Part shown: positions 37,869 through 47,280 of the stretch, piece by piece
How the letters are laid out: the number at the start of each line of letters is the position of its first letter
Position numbering within the stretch: position 1 is the stretch's first letter
DNA from: a virus
Strand: one strand, 5' to 3'
Virus record (IMG/VR): IMGVR_UViG_3300037961_002813
Coordinates: 32,001-96,000 of that record
DNA length: 64,000 bases
Translations under genes and position numbers: made by a program
Notes under the pieces: generated by a model
Told to the model about the DNA's origin: nothing
Seen by the model: only the letters and a program-made list of their open reading frames with translations
Database searches by the model: none

Positions 37869-40780
37869 AACGGGGCAAAATAATTGTTAAACAAAGTCTA
37901 AGTGATGCATATAGGCAATACTTAGAGGATGTAACTATCCCAATGAATACTTATTTTGAAGCACCCGAAGAGTTTGTAACTACTAAACCATCTATTTATC
38001 ATTCATTAAGATTGCAACCTGCTACTGATGCAAGAACAGGTCGAATAAGAAATTCACCCGCAATAGCAAGAGCATTAGCAAGTATAGACAATTTACAATT
38101 TCAAGATGATATAAAAAATTTCTCGTTACCATTAAACACTAATCAAGGACAACCGCTATACGGTAGACATGTTTATCCCGGTGAGTTACATTCTTTAAGT
38201 CCTAATTTAACATCACATACATCAGTACCCGATTTACCAAGAACTTACATAAAAAGATGGGGTGGTGGAGAAAAGTACAGACCGCTTAATTTGTATGGTT
38301 TTACAGGTGATGCCGCTACTCCGCAAAGATTTACTAATCAAACATTACAACCGGAAGGAATAATTTACGGTAATTTAGATACAAATGATGTAGTACAACT
38401 AAACACTAGACCTGCTTCTGCAATTAGATTAAGTCAAGTAGCAAGAGCATTGTCACCGTTTCATCCCGAAAGAGATGTAAAAGATTTAACTGAACGCTCG
38501 GAAGATTTAGCAAGAGATATTATGGATGCGGGTATTCCACCAATATTAGCAGAATCTAATGTAGATACTAAAGGTGTAACTCAACATTTACCATTTAGAT
38601 TAGATAATAAAATAGATGTAAAGGAAGCACATGACCCATTTGTTCAATATGATATGGGTAATTTAAATCGCCCGACCCCGGAAGGACTTGAACAGTTTAC
38701 ACTTGATTCTATTAGAGCAGGTGAACCAATGGACATCGCTATGCAGTTGTTGAAAGAAGAGATACCATATAGCAGTAGAGATTATCCACCACAAGAAATT
38801 TCTATATCTACAGGTAATCCGCTTGTAACACCTAAAGTTGCAGGTGAAACACCCGAAGTTTGTAACATGCCGGGATGTGATTCGGGTCTACCTCCTGTGA
38901 TGTATAGAAGAATGGCTAATCCGATTAGAAGTATAGATAATCATGAATTTATGTGTGAGCAGTGCGCTTACAAACATGACTTACAATCATTACTTTTCGA
39001 TAAAATGATTAAAGGTGAAATAACTCTAATGGAATACGCTATACGAAAAGCCACTTTACCTACTTTACGAGAAGCAGGTTTAAGTTTTGAAGATTTAGAT
39101 GCTTTAAGATTTATTCCTAATTATCGTAAAACAAGTTTTTATCAACCACAACTATTAAACAAACCTGCTAACATAGATTATGAAATAAGAACTGCATCAA
39201 AAAAACCGGAATACAAAAGAATACCCGGATTACAAACAGAACTTGGACCACCACAAAATAATATACATTCTTATTTTGTAAACCCTGCAACACGCTTAGG
39301 TGCTTTAGGGGGAGATGTGACATTCATGGCTAGACCTACATTATTAGGTATTAGAAATAATAATAATAATTATGGAGTTGATTTTTGGAGGACTAAAAGA
39401 CAAGGGGCAGGTAGTGAAGGTGGAGAAGGTTTAATTTACGGTGAACTACCAAAACAAAATTTTGTAGAAATTCCAATAAATTATACTGCGGCTGATGCGA
39501 TGAGGGCTAAATTAAATTTAGACCACTTTATGAATACTTTTCACATACCGGAAGAAGAAGCATTTGAAATGTTAGCCACTAGATTTCCCGAAGTGCATAA
39601 TATAGCATCACAATTACCAAATGTAAATACTCAAGATACTTCATGGCAACAACCTGCACAATACAGGGGTACTAATCCATTACTCTTAGATGAGATAGAT
39701 ACAAAAGTAGCAAGCGAGCCAATGGATATTGCTATGCAGTTGTTGAAACAAGAACCTTTACAATTGAGAAATAGTGCTGAACTTGCCGAATTAGCAAGAC
39801 AAGGTGACACGGAAGCATACAATGAAATGATGGAAAGAACAGGTGATTATTACTTGGCTAATGAAATAACCGGAGAACCCGATATGGAGGCTAACTTAGA
39901 GGCTTACGGGGCTGAAACAGGTAAAAATCCATTTAAAACTCCCCCTATTGGGCGTACAAATCAAATTCAAATCCATCAACCTCCTGTGACTCCTATTCAT
40001 GCTGATAAAAAATTACATAATTGGCAATACAAAAACGCAAGTGAGCCGATGGAGATTGCTATGCAGTTGCTAAAGCGTGAATTACATCCCGGTAGAGATA
40101 TAGAGGGTTATCTAAAAGATGATGGACATTATGCCGGTGAAGAAGAACTTTACAATTTAAATGACCCCGAAGTACAAAATTTTGTAAATAGATTACATTT
40201 AGATAAACAACCACCCGTACATCTTATTCCCGAAACTTTAGGTATGGATTTAGAATATGTTGAGCCGGAGTTAAGAGTTGAAAATAGAGATACTAAGTTA
40301 TATCATCCTATTATGATGGATGAACATGAAAACTTAGATAAATTCCCCGATAGAAAAATAGTTGAAAGAGAAGATGGTACAAAAGAAGAACTAGTTTCTA
40401 CAAGCGACCCAACAAGTGATGTTGTTGGAGTTGGAAGAACAGGTCGTACTCTTGTATCTTCAAAACCTACATTTGAAGGTATACCATTTAGTGAAGAAAC
40501 AGGCTTTACCCGTAGCGAACCGATGGAGATTGCTATGCAACTACTCAAAGAGCGTGTAAGCCCCGAAGCCAAGCGACACAAGTTAGAGTATGATAAGAAG
40601 TATGAATCTTCACCGGAGAGAGTAAAATACCGTGAAGAATTAAACCGTGAGCGTAGGCGTAGACACATTATGGGTAGGGGTGGACCGGATATGAGCCACA
40701 CCAAAGACCATACCATTGTACCGGAAAGCCCTCATACTAATCGGGCAAGGCATTTTAAAGACAAAGGAACTCTTTTGTAA
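37865..40780 (+). CDS. Modular polyprotein-like protein: four EPM(D/E)IAMQLLK separators, C-terminal HNH-like module
   Basis: Repeats at 38723, 39716, 40043 and 40517; terminal DMSH...NRAR module. Confidence 0.8.
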   Translation: MKRGKIIVKQSLSDAYRQYLEDVTIPMNTYFEAPEEFVTTKPSIYHSLRLQPATDARTGRIRNSPAIARALASIDNLQFQDDIKNFSLPLNTNQGQPLYGRHVYPGELHSLSPNLTSHTSVPDLPRTYIKRWGGGEKYRPLNLYGFTGDAATPQRFTNQTLQPEGIIYGNLDTNDVVQLNTRPASAIRLSQVARALSPFHPERDVKDLTERSEDLARDIMDAGIPPILAESNVDTKGVTQHLPFRLDNKIDVKEAHDPFVQYDMGNLNRPTPEGLEQFTLDSIRAGEPMDIAMQLLKEEIPYSSRDYPPQEISISTGNPLVTPKVAGETPEVCNMPGCDSGLPPVMYRRMANPIRSIDNHEFMCEQCAYKHDLQSLLFDKMIKGEITLMEYAIRKATLPTLREAGLSFEDLDALRFIPNYRKTSFYQPQLLNKPANIDYEIRTASKKPEYKRIPGLQTELGPPQNNIHSYFVNPATRLGALGGDVTFMARPTLLGIRNNNNNYGVDFWRTKRQGAGSEGGEGLIYGELPKQNFVEIPINYTAADAMRAKLNLDHFMNTFHIPEEEAFEMLATRFPEVHNIASQLPNVNTQDTSWQQPAQYRGTNPLLLDEIDTKVASEPMDIAMQLLKQEPLQLRNSAELAELARQGDTEAYNEMMERTGDYYLANEITGEPDMEANLEAYGAETGKNPFKTPPIGRTNQIQIHQPPVTPIHADKKLHNWQYKNASEPMEIAMQLLKRELHPGRDIEGYLKDDGHYAGEEELYNLNDPEVQNFVNRLHLDKQPPVHLIPETLGMDLEYVEPELRVENRDTKLYHPIMMDEHENLDKFPDRKIVEREDGTKEELVSTSDPTSDVVGVGRTGRTLVSSKPTFEGIPFSEETGFTRSEPMEIAMQLLKERVSPEAKRHKLEYDKKYESSPERVKYREELNRERRRRHIMGRGGPDMSHTKDHTIVPESPHTNRARHFKDKGTLL

Positions 40781-40788
40781 TAGTCAAA

Positions 40789-40920
40789 TATTCACAATGT
40801 TCACTATGTTAGTCAATAAAATGACTATTCACTTTATTCACTACTCTCTAATAATAATATAATATATTTGTATAGTCAAAATAATGAACATGAATATGAA
40901 CAAAGTGAATATATGAATAG
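40789..40920. repeat. Iteron-like element 2: (TG/TA)TTCAC direct repeats, AT core, inverted TGAA(C/T)A
   Basis: tattcac/tgttcac four times, an ataataatataatatattt core, then tgaaca/tgaata five times. Confidence 0.65.
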
Positions 40921-40950
40921 AAATCTTTATATTGGCTATAAAATTGACCA

Positions 40951-41505
40951 ATGGTGAGCAACATGCAAGGTACAGGACAAGACTCGGATGCAGAAATAAG
41001 ATTGATGGGGTTGATTTTAGCCCAATCAGCGTTAGTAGGATTAGCAATAGGTGTGTTTGATGCAGACCTATGGTTGAAAAGTGAAACTCCTATGCTAAAT
41101 GGATTCACATACGCTATGGCCGCTTTCTTTGTACAAGGTATTGCTTATTATTTCTTTAAGATGTTCTTTGAACAGAATATGCAAGAAAGAGTAAGAGCAA
41201 CCGGTGTACAAAGGTCAAGAGATGCAAGATACAAACAAATGCAAATGAATTTTGATAACAGGAGAGTTGAGATGGAAATGCGAATGCAAGAAGCCCAACT
41301 TGAGCGTGAATTGCGTTGGATGGAAGCAAATCCCGGTAAAATGCCTCCAAGTTGGGGTGTACCGGGTGGTTCACAATCTATAGTTTCACAATATGATTCC
41401 GGTCAATTTAATCCCGGTATACCAAGTCATGAAGTTGAAGTAGACCAACCGATTAACTTAGGTATCAAAGAAGAGGAAGGAAAAGAGGAAAAGAAGAAAA
41501 AGTGA
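40951..41505 (+). CDS. Two-TM membrane protein with coiled coil
   Basis: Hydrophobic LMGLILAQSALVGLAIGVF and FTYAMAAFFVQGIAYYFF segments, then a charged helix. Confidence 0.75.
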   Translation: MVSNMQGTGQDSDAEIRLMGLILAQSALVGLAIGVFDADLWLKSETPMLNGFTYAMAAFFVQGIAYYFFKMFFEQNMQERVRATGVQRSRDARYKQMQMNFDNRRVEMEMRMQEAQLERELRWMEANPGKMPPSWGVPGGSQSIVSQYDSGQFNPGIPSHEVEVDQPINLGIKEEEGKEEKKKK

Positions 41506-41514
41506 GGTGGTTAG

Positions 41515-41757
41515 TTGGGTCGTATCTTCAAAACCCCTACTGATGATTCTACAGAAGCAACACTACGGGCTATGCATACTCAAAATATGTTAGACACATA
41601 TTATGAAAAAGGTGTTGGGTGGTTAAGAACTTTAATCTTTGTAATAATTGCAATCATGGCTACAAGTGCTTTTGAATTAAGAAGCGGTGATTCAATATGG
41701 GAAAATACTGTTGAATGGTTTTGGAATAAAGTAGAAAGTTGGGTAAGTGGTGATTAA
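41515..41757 (+). CDS. Single-TM membrane protein
   Basis: WLRTLIFVIIAIMATSAF; Trp-rich amphipathic C-terminus; SD GAGGTGG. Confidence 0.7.
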   Translation: MGRIFKTPTDDSTEATLRAMHTQNMLDTYYEKGVGWLRTLIFVIIAIMATSAFELRSGDSIWENTVEWFWNKVESWVSGD

Positions 41758-42474
41758 ATGGTCGAACCTGCCGGTACTGCTTTAGTTGGTGTTGCGGTAT
41801 GGGGGCAGAATCTATACAATTCTTGGAGACCAAGAAAAGTTGGAATATACGGTGCGGCTATGGTTGGTAAAACTACACTTGACCGCTATATGACTACACC
41901 GGGTGAAATGGAAGAAATACCCGATGAAGAAAGAACAAGTCACATGAGATTACTTGGAAAATATCTATTACCAAAACCTACTAGAAAGCGTATATCGTGG
42001 AAAGGAGATAGAAGAGTAGTATTTTCTGCTGACTTGGGTGGACAAGAAAGATTTTGGTCACTGTGGATAGACGATATGGTTGCTCGACAAGTAGAGGCTG
42101 TAGTATACATGTTTGATGAAAGAGCCTTCAAAGGCGGCGATGAAGCATTACAACAAATAGCCGGATTCAAATATTTAGTAGACTGTATAATTAATAGACA
42201 GTATAGGTATCGTAATCTCAAAAGTAGATGGAAGGGTAAAAAATATGTGCCAAAACTAGTAATGTTGGTTGCTAATAAAGCAGATAGATTTTTCGATGAG
42301 TCTGCCGCTATGCTTTGGCAACAAAACAGAATAGGAGAGCATAAGGTGTTTGACCCATTTAGAGATGATTTAGTTAGATTACAAAAAGCCGGAGTGCCTA
42401 CTAGAAGGTCATTCATGGCTACAAGAATAGGGTGGAATGTAGAAACCACATTAATAGATTTACTTTCTGCGTAG
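41758..42474 (+). CDS. Ras/Arf-superfamily small GTPase
   Basis: G1 GAAMVGKTT, G2 Thr candidate (ERT), G3 DLGGQERF, AVVYMFD, G4 ANKAD, G5-like MAT..G.NV. Confidence 0.88.
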   Translation: MVEPAGTALVGVAVWGQNLYNSWRPRKVGIYGAAMVGKTTLDRYMTTPGEMEEIPDEERTSHMRLLGKYLLPKPTRKRISWKGDRRVVFSADLGGQERFWSLWIDDMVARQVEAVVYMFDERAFKGGDEALQQIAGFKYLVDCIINRQYRYRNLKSRWKGKKYVPKLVMLVANKADRFFDESAAMLWQQNRIGEHKVFDPFRDDLVRLQKAGVPTRRSFMATRIGWNVETTLIDLLSA

Positions 42475-42479
42475 GTGAT

Positions 42480-42653
42480 ATGATGAATAAAAGAACAAAG
42501 ATAATAGCAGTGAATAAAAACACAAAGTGTGTAAGAACAGTTATACCTAATGCGATGGCTGAACTAATTAATGTTAAGGCCGGTGATGAAATTTCATGGG
42601 TACTAAAAACCGATAAAAATAAATTTTATCTCGAAGTAACTAAGGTGGAATAA
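42480..42653 (+). CDS. AbrB/SpoVT-like swapped-hairpin DNA-binding protein
   Basis: VRTVIPNAMAELINVKAGDEISW; ATG at 42480 after GGTGA. Confidence 0.75.
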   Translation: MMNKRTKIIAVNKNTKCVRTVIPNAMAELINVKAGDEISWVLKTDKNKFYLEVTKVE

Positions 42654-42654
42654 A

Positions 42655-43596
42655 ATGTATAATAGTGGCAATCAACCAAATCTAGGACAAGTAAACCAAG
42701 CACAACTCTTGGCATTAAGTCAGCAAGGTAATAATTCATTAACACACAGGGCGTTAATCGAACAAGCAACTGCACAAGCGGCTATGCAAGAAGCATCAAA
42801 GAAAACTGATTTACAAGTTCCTAAAGTAAACTTTTATCCAAGTCGTCATCCTAATCCTAACAAAGCAAGAAAGAAAGATATTAAACAGGCATATAAACTT
42901 CTTACACCTACTAAAAGAAGTATATTTAATCCGTTTAGGTTATTCTTTGGTAGAAAATACCGTTACAATAAGCAAAGTCATGTATGTGTAGTAGATGGTT
43001 GTGATTGTGCTAATTTAATTCAGTATGATAATTTATATGCTAAAATTTGCGATGAAGATACAGGAGATTCTTTGTGGGATTTGTATTGGAAAAATCCCGT
43101 AACAGGAGAGCCGGAAGCGTTTGTTGCGCTTGAAAAAGTCACTAGTGGTCGTAAAATGCGTGGTACATATTGCCCCGAACACATGCATTTGTATCATTTA
43201 CTTGTAAAATGGGAAGCAGAAGAAGATAAAATTAGTGAAGCGAATCCAAGAAGATTGAGAGATAGAGTCAAGAAAGGAGTATCTATTGTTACTGTTCCTA
43301 TTACAGCAATAAAGAAAAATGACCCTACACCGGAAATGCTAAAGAAATATGAGCCGTTTTTTGCCGAATTAGAAAAAGATGCAAGAAAAACTAAAGGAAT
43401 TAACATTCAGTATTATACTAATCCTATGACTAAACAAAACGATATTACAATTGTAAGTTTTGATTTAAGAATATTTCAGCATGAATTGGCTATGTTTAAT
43501 CAACCTACACCTGCTTTTCAAGCGATGTTAAACCAACAAGTAGAAGAAGTAGTTAATCAAAACACTAATTTGATAGATACCCTTCCGACGGAGTGA
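42655..43596 (+). CDS. Hypothetical Zn-binding protein
   Basis: CVVDGC...YCPEH; Q-rich N-terminus. Confidence 0.7.
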   Translation: MYNSGNQPNLGQVNQAQLLALSQQGNNSLTHRALIEQATAQAAMQEASKKTDLQVPKVNFYPSRHPNPNKARKKDIKQAYKLLTPTKRSIFNPFRLFFGRKYRYNKQSHVCVVDGCDCANLIQYDNLYAKICDEDTGDSLWDLYWKNPVTGEPEAFVALEKVTSGRKMRGTYCPEHMHLYHLLVKWEAEEDKISEANPRRLRDRVKKGVSIVTVPITAIKKNDPTPEMLKKYEPFFAELEKDARKTKGINIQYYTNPMTKQNDITIVSFDLRIFQHELAMFNQPTPAFQAMLNQQVEEVVNQNTNLIDTLPTE

Positions 43597-44216
43597 TAGA
43601 GATGTTTGGACTAAGTGGAAATAATCAAAATTCTAATACCTTAAACTTAGGTGTTCCATCTCAACAACCTATACAAACAGCCAATCCGTGGGCGCAACAA
43701 CAACAACCTAATCCGTTCATGGCAGGTTTATTTGGAGGACAACAACAAGCCAATCAATTTATGCAACAACCAATGCAACCACCAAGTGAGATAGAAATTC
43801 AAATGGAGTTATTAAAACAACAAGCAACTATTGAAAGATTTGTTGCAAGTAGTCAAATGGGAGTATTAATTGAAATGATGGGAAGTGTAGTTACTTTAAG
43901 TGTTTTAGAAATATTAAGAAATGCTACTTTTACACTCAACGAAGATGATGGCACTTTGCGTTTAGATACTACAACATTACCTGCTAATTTACAGACTATG
44001 AGTGCAGAAAATATAGCAAGTCAATTTACTAATTTACAAGCATCAGCACAACAAGTAGTCAATCAAAGTGAAATGACACAACAACAGTTAGCCGCATTAG
44101 CACAACAATCCATGATGGGTGGTGCTTTAGCGGCTTTACAAAGTGAAGGAGTTATGGAGAAAGTTGGAGGCGGAGTGGGAAGTTTCGCTCGTTCAATGCT
44201 AACAGGAGGAAGATAA
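43593..44216 (+). CDS. Gln-rich hypothetical protein
   Basis: 207 aa low-complexity ORF. Confidence 0.7.
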   Translation: MIEMFGLSGNNQNSNTLNLGVPSQQPIQTANPWAQQQQPNPFMAGLFGGQQQANQFMQQPMQPPSEIEIQMELLKQQATIERFVASSQMGVLIEMMGSVVTLSVLEILRNATFTLNEDDGTLRLDTTTLPANLQTMSAENIASQFTNLQASAQQVVNQSEMTQQQLAALAQQSMMGGALAALQSEGVMEKVGGGVGSFARSMLTGGR

Positions 44217-44217
44217 A

Positions 44218-44469
44218 ATGATGGATAAAGATTACTCAACATACATACCGCAATCGTTTGCCGCATCTACATTAGATGTACTGAATCCAAACAGAAGTGT
44301 GATAATAGATATGATAATGGTTCAAATTCTTTCTATGATTGTAGTTATGTCTATGATTTTAGTTTTCAAAGGTAGCACTATGCCTTCTTCTACAATATCA
44401 TACTTTTTAGTTGGTTTGTTTGCTAGTTTCCTTATGCTTAGTGGAGTCTATAGCCGTATCACTAGATGA
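44218..44469 (+). CDS. Small two-TM membrane protein (holin-like topology)
   Basis: IMVQILSMIVVMSMILVF and ISYFLVGLFASFLMLSGVY. Confidence 0.7.
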   Translation: MMDKDYSTYIPQSFAASTLDVLNPNRSVIIDMIMVQILSMIVVMSMILVFKGSTMPSSTISYFLVGLFASFLMLSGVYSRITR

Positions 44470-44732
44470 CGGCCATTTTCCTATAGGGCAACTTGAATTA
44501 AGTAAACTAATTTTAGTTTTAACAAAACACCCACACATATCACATCTTTTACCACCGAATTGACAAGAGTTGCAGATTTGCTCTCTTAACATTCTTAATT
44601 CGGGTGGAGTTTTATTATTGAGTGCTACATCTTTAGCGGCTCTCGTTAGACTTTTGAGAGTCTGCATATTTAGGGGAACACCCGCAACTCTTTTTGCTCT
44701 CCACATAGTACTTTCCAAGTTATTTTTCTCCA
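44407..44732 (-). CDS. Cys-rich protein (DUF6171-like)
   Basis: R..ICNSC...CDMCGCFV..K..L..SSCPIGKW; start uncertain. Confidence 0.65.
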
Positions 44733-44761
44733 TAAGCATTTTGTAAGGGATAGACATAAGC

Positions 44762-45448
44762 GTGTACATGCAGGAGGCGAATCGCATAGTGAAACGGTCC
44801 TGCAAACTTTGTACTAGTGACAGTAGAGATGAGATAGAAGAACAATTACTCAACGGTCATATTAGTCCAAAAGAAGTAGATAAAATGATGGGTTGGCGAG
44901 CCAATACTACTGATAGACACTTTCGTAATCACATGGGAGAATATCACATGGCGGCTAATCCATCTTGTCCTATTTGTGCAAGTCCTAAAAGAGCCGAATA
45001 TGAAAAAGAATATTTTGAAGGAAATGCTGATACTCACGCAATAGCAGAAGAATTAGGATGTGCTGAAAGAACAGTCTATAATCACATGAAACATCACTTC
45101 CAACCTTTAGTGCAGAAAACTGCGGCATACGAAGTAGCATTAGCGGCAGGTCAAGAAATACAATTACTGCGTTCTAATGCAGAAAAACTAAACAGTAAAC
45201 TAAGTGAATTACTAGATGAAGGTACAGTTCATGAAGATGGTTTTGTTCGTGATGCTGTTATTCTACACAAAGAAGTAAGAGAAACAGTAAAAGATTTACT
45301 TCGCTTCCAAGACCAATGGGGGGCTAAGACAGATAATCAACAAGTCAATCAAACTATCAATGTATTACAGATTGAACTTAGTAAAGAAAGCCCGGAAACT
45401 TGGACAAGAATTAGAAAGCAGTTGGCTGAAAATATGGGGGTAGAATAA
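44762..45448 (+). CDS. Putative terminase small subunit / tandem Zn-HTH DNA-binding protein
   Basis: Two CxxC...HTH...HxxxH units, then a helical region and QTINVL tail; upstream of TerL. Confidence 0.5.
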   Translation: MYMQEANRIVKRSCKLCTSDSRDEIEEQLLNGHISPKEVDKMMGWRANTTDRHFRNHMGEYHMAANPSCPICASPKRAEYEKEYFEGNADTHAIAEELGCAERTVYNHMKHHFQPLVQKTAAYEVALAAGQEIQLLRSNAEKLNSKLSELLDEGTVHEDGFVRDAVILHKEVRETVKDLLRFQDQWGAKTDNQQVNQTINVLQIELSKESPETWTRIRKQLAENMGVE

Positions 45449-47280
45449 TGCCAATGATGGGTCGAGGTTCGGATACAAGAATGTACTCGCCAAGAAGCGA
45501 GTCGGCTCACATGTATGGTTCGGCTAACGAAGATGGCGATAAATACAGTCCTACTTCTCCCGAAGATGCTGATAAGCGTAGGGAAGAAAAACAAAGAAAA
45601 GATGAGGAAAGAAAATCAAGACTAAAAGATATTAAACATATCAAAATAAAACCATCACAAGGATTAGGAAGTGGTCCTAAATTACCTACAGAAGAAGGAT
45701 TAGATGATGGTAACAAGCGTGATGATGAGCGTGAAATATCTCTTCAAGGTGGACCGGCAGGTAGTCGTGGACATTTACTTGACTTAGCCACAGGTGCAAA
45801 AACAGGCACAGGTTCAGCGATGGGTACAGGTAACTCCGCAGTTAGAACAGGCGAGCCGATGAAAGATGCTTGGTCTACATTATTGAAAGAAGATGATGAA
45901 TATAATTTTTCGGTAAATGATGTAATAAACACGCCTAGAGATACATGGTATAGCCAAATAATGGGAAGAGATACACCAATGGTTGATACTTTAGTAGATA
46001 GTGGAATAATGTTCGCTTTAGGATATGCTAATCACCATCATGGCGACCCCGAAACGATAAGTGATTTTCATGAAGAAGGTGTTAGTGTAGACAAAGCACT
46101 TGAAAATCTTATGAATCATAGAAATTCTTTGATGGTTTTAGATGCTAAAATGCAAGGTAAAGAACATACAATTCCGCAACAGTTTCATGATTATCACAAT
46201 GATTTTGGTATCACAAGGATGATGGAAGATTTAGGTGTACCACCGCATATACAAGCGGGGCAACATTTAGGATTATTATATTCTTATTTAAATTATCTTG
46301 GTTACAAAATCGGCCCTCAAATGGGTGAACCCGATGATGATTTTAACATGAAATATACAAGCGAACCGATGGATAATGCTTGGAGTGAATTACTAAAGCG
46401 TGATACTCCAAAGAAAATACAGGCTCGCCGTCGCCGTGAAGCAAGACAGGAGTTTAGACCATCTACCGGTCAATTCAAGAAACCTCCCGGCGGTCAATCC
46501 GGTGGTGCAGGTGCTACTATGCGTAGATTCAAAGCAAGAATGCGTGGTATCAAAGGTGGTAAAAGGACCGGTTTGATGAAGCCACATCTATCTGTGGAGA
46601 TGAGCCACCGTGGTATTGCTACTAAGCAACCTATGAGTAAAGACCCACAAAAGTATCGTCAATATATGGGGCAACAAGAAGCACAAAAAATCCTCGGTGG
46701 AGTAAGAAATACATTTTCACCTCACGCTAGACACAGTGCTAGAAGTTTCGTAGCCGGTCCTACCGGTGGTGGTAGACTAACAGGTATGTTACCGGGTCAA
46801 GCGGGTCAAATGAGACAACCATCTTTAACTAGATTAGGTAGACCACGCAGACCTCGTATGCCTCGTATGCCTCGTATGCCAAGACCACCAATGCCACCAC
46901 AAATGCCTATGATGCCACCTGCACCTCCTGTACCTATCATGACAAGTGAAGATACTCCTTCGCAAATTATGATGAGTAGTGATAGAACTGAAAGTGAGAT
47001 TCTAAAAGCAAATAGACATGCTAGAAAATTAGAGATGTTAGAATTAATGCGTAGATTAATTGATTTACAAAAGAAAAGAAATAAATTAATGAAATATGTT
47101 CAAGGGGGAGGTTCTGCTTTTGAAAACGGTCATGTACCCACTCACCCTGCCGGTGTTCAACAACACGAAGATGAAGATGAGAAAAATGATGGACCAACAC
47201 AGAATTTAGAAACTAATTCAAGTCGTTTAGGTCTTGACCCTGCGGGGCATCTATCCGGTAAGAGGGGGCATTTCGGTTGA
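45448..47280 (+). CDS. Modular hypothetical protein with two EPMxxAWxxLLK tags
   Basis: Tags at 45853 and 46363 bracket an acidic module; followed by basic and PRM-repeat regions. Confidence 0.75.
   Translation: MPMMGRGSDTRMYSPRSESAHMYGSANEDGDKYSPTSPEDADKRREEKQRKDEERKSRLKDIKHIKIKPSQGLGSGPKLPTEEGLDDGNKRDDEREISLQGGPAGSRGHLLDLATGAKTGTGSAMGTGNSAVRTGEPMKDAWSTLLKEDDEYNFSVNDVINTPRDTWYSQIMGRDTPMVDTLVDSGIMFALGYANHHHGDPETISDFHEEGVSVDKALENLMNHRNSLMVLDAKMQGKEHTIPQQFHDYHNDFGITRMMEDLGVPPHIQAGQHLGLLYSYLNYLGYKIGPQMGEPDDDFNMKYTSEPMDNAWSELLKRDTPKKIQARRRREARQEFRPSTGQFKKPPGGQSGGAGATMRRFKARMRGIKGGKRTGLMKPHLSVEMSHRGIATKQPMSKDPQKYRQYMGQQEAQKILGGVRNTFSPHARHSARSFVAGPTGGGRLTGMLPGQAGQMRQPSLTRLGRPRRPRMPRMPRMPRPPMPPQMPMMPPAPPVPIMTSEDTPSQIMMSSDRTESEILKANRHARKLEMLELMRRLIDLQKKRNKLMKYVQGGGSAFENGHVPTHPAGVQQHEDEDEKNDGPTQNLETNSSRLGLDPAGHLSGKRGHFG

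Noticed and set aside
37865-40780. Diversity-generating retroelement or intein explanation for the repeated tag
   Set aside because: No reverse transcriptase, no adenine-specific TR/VR pair, and no intein C/S...HN termini.
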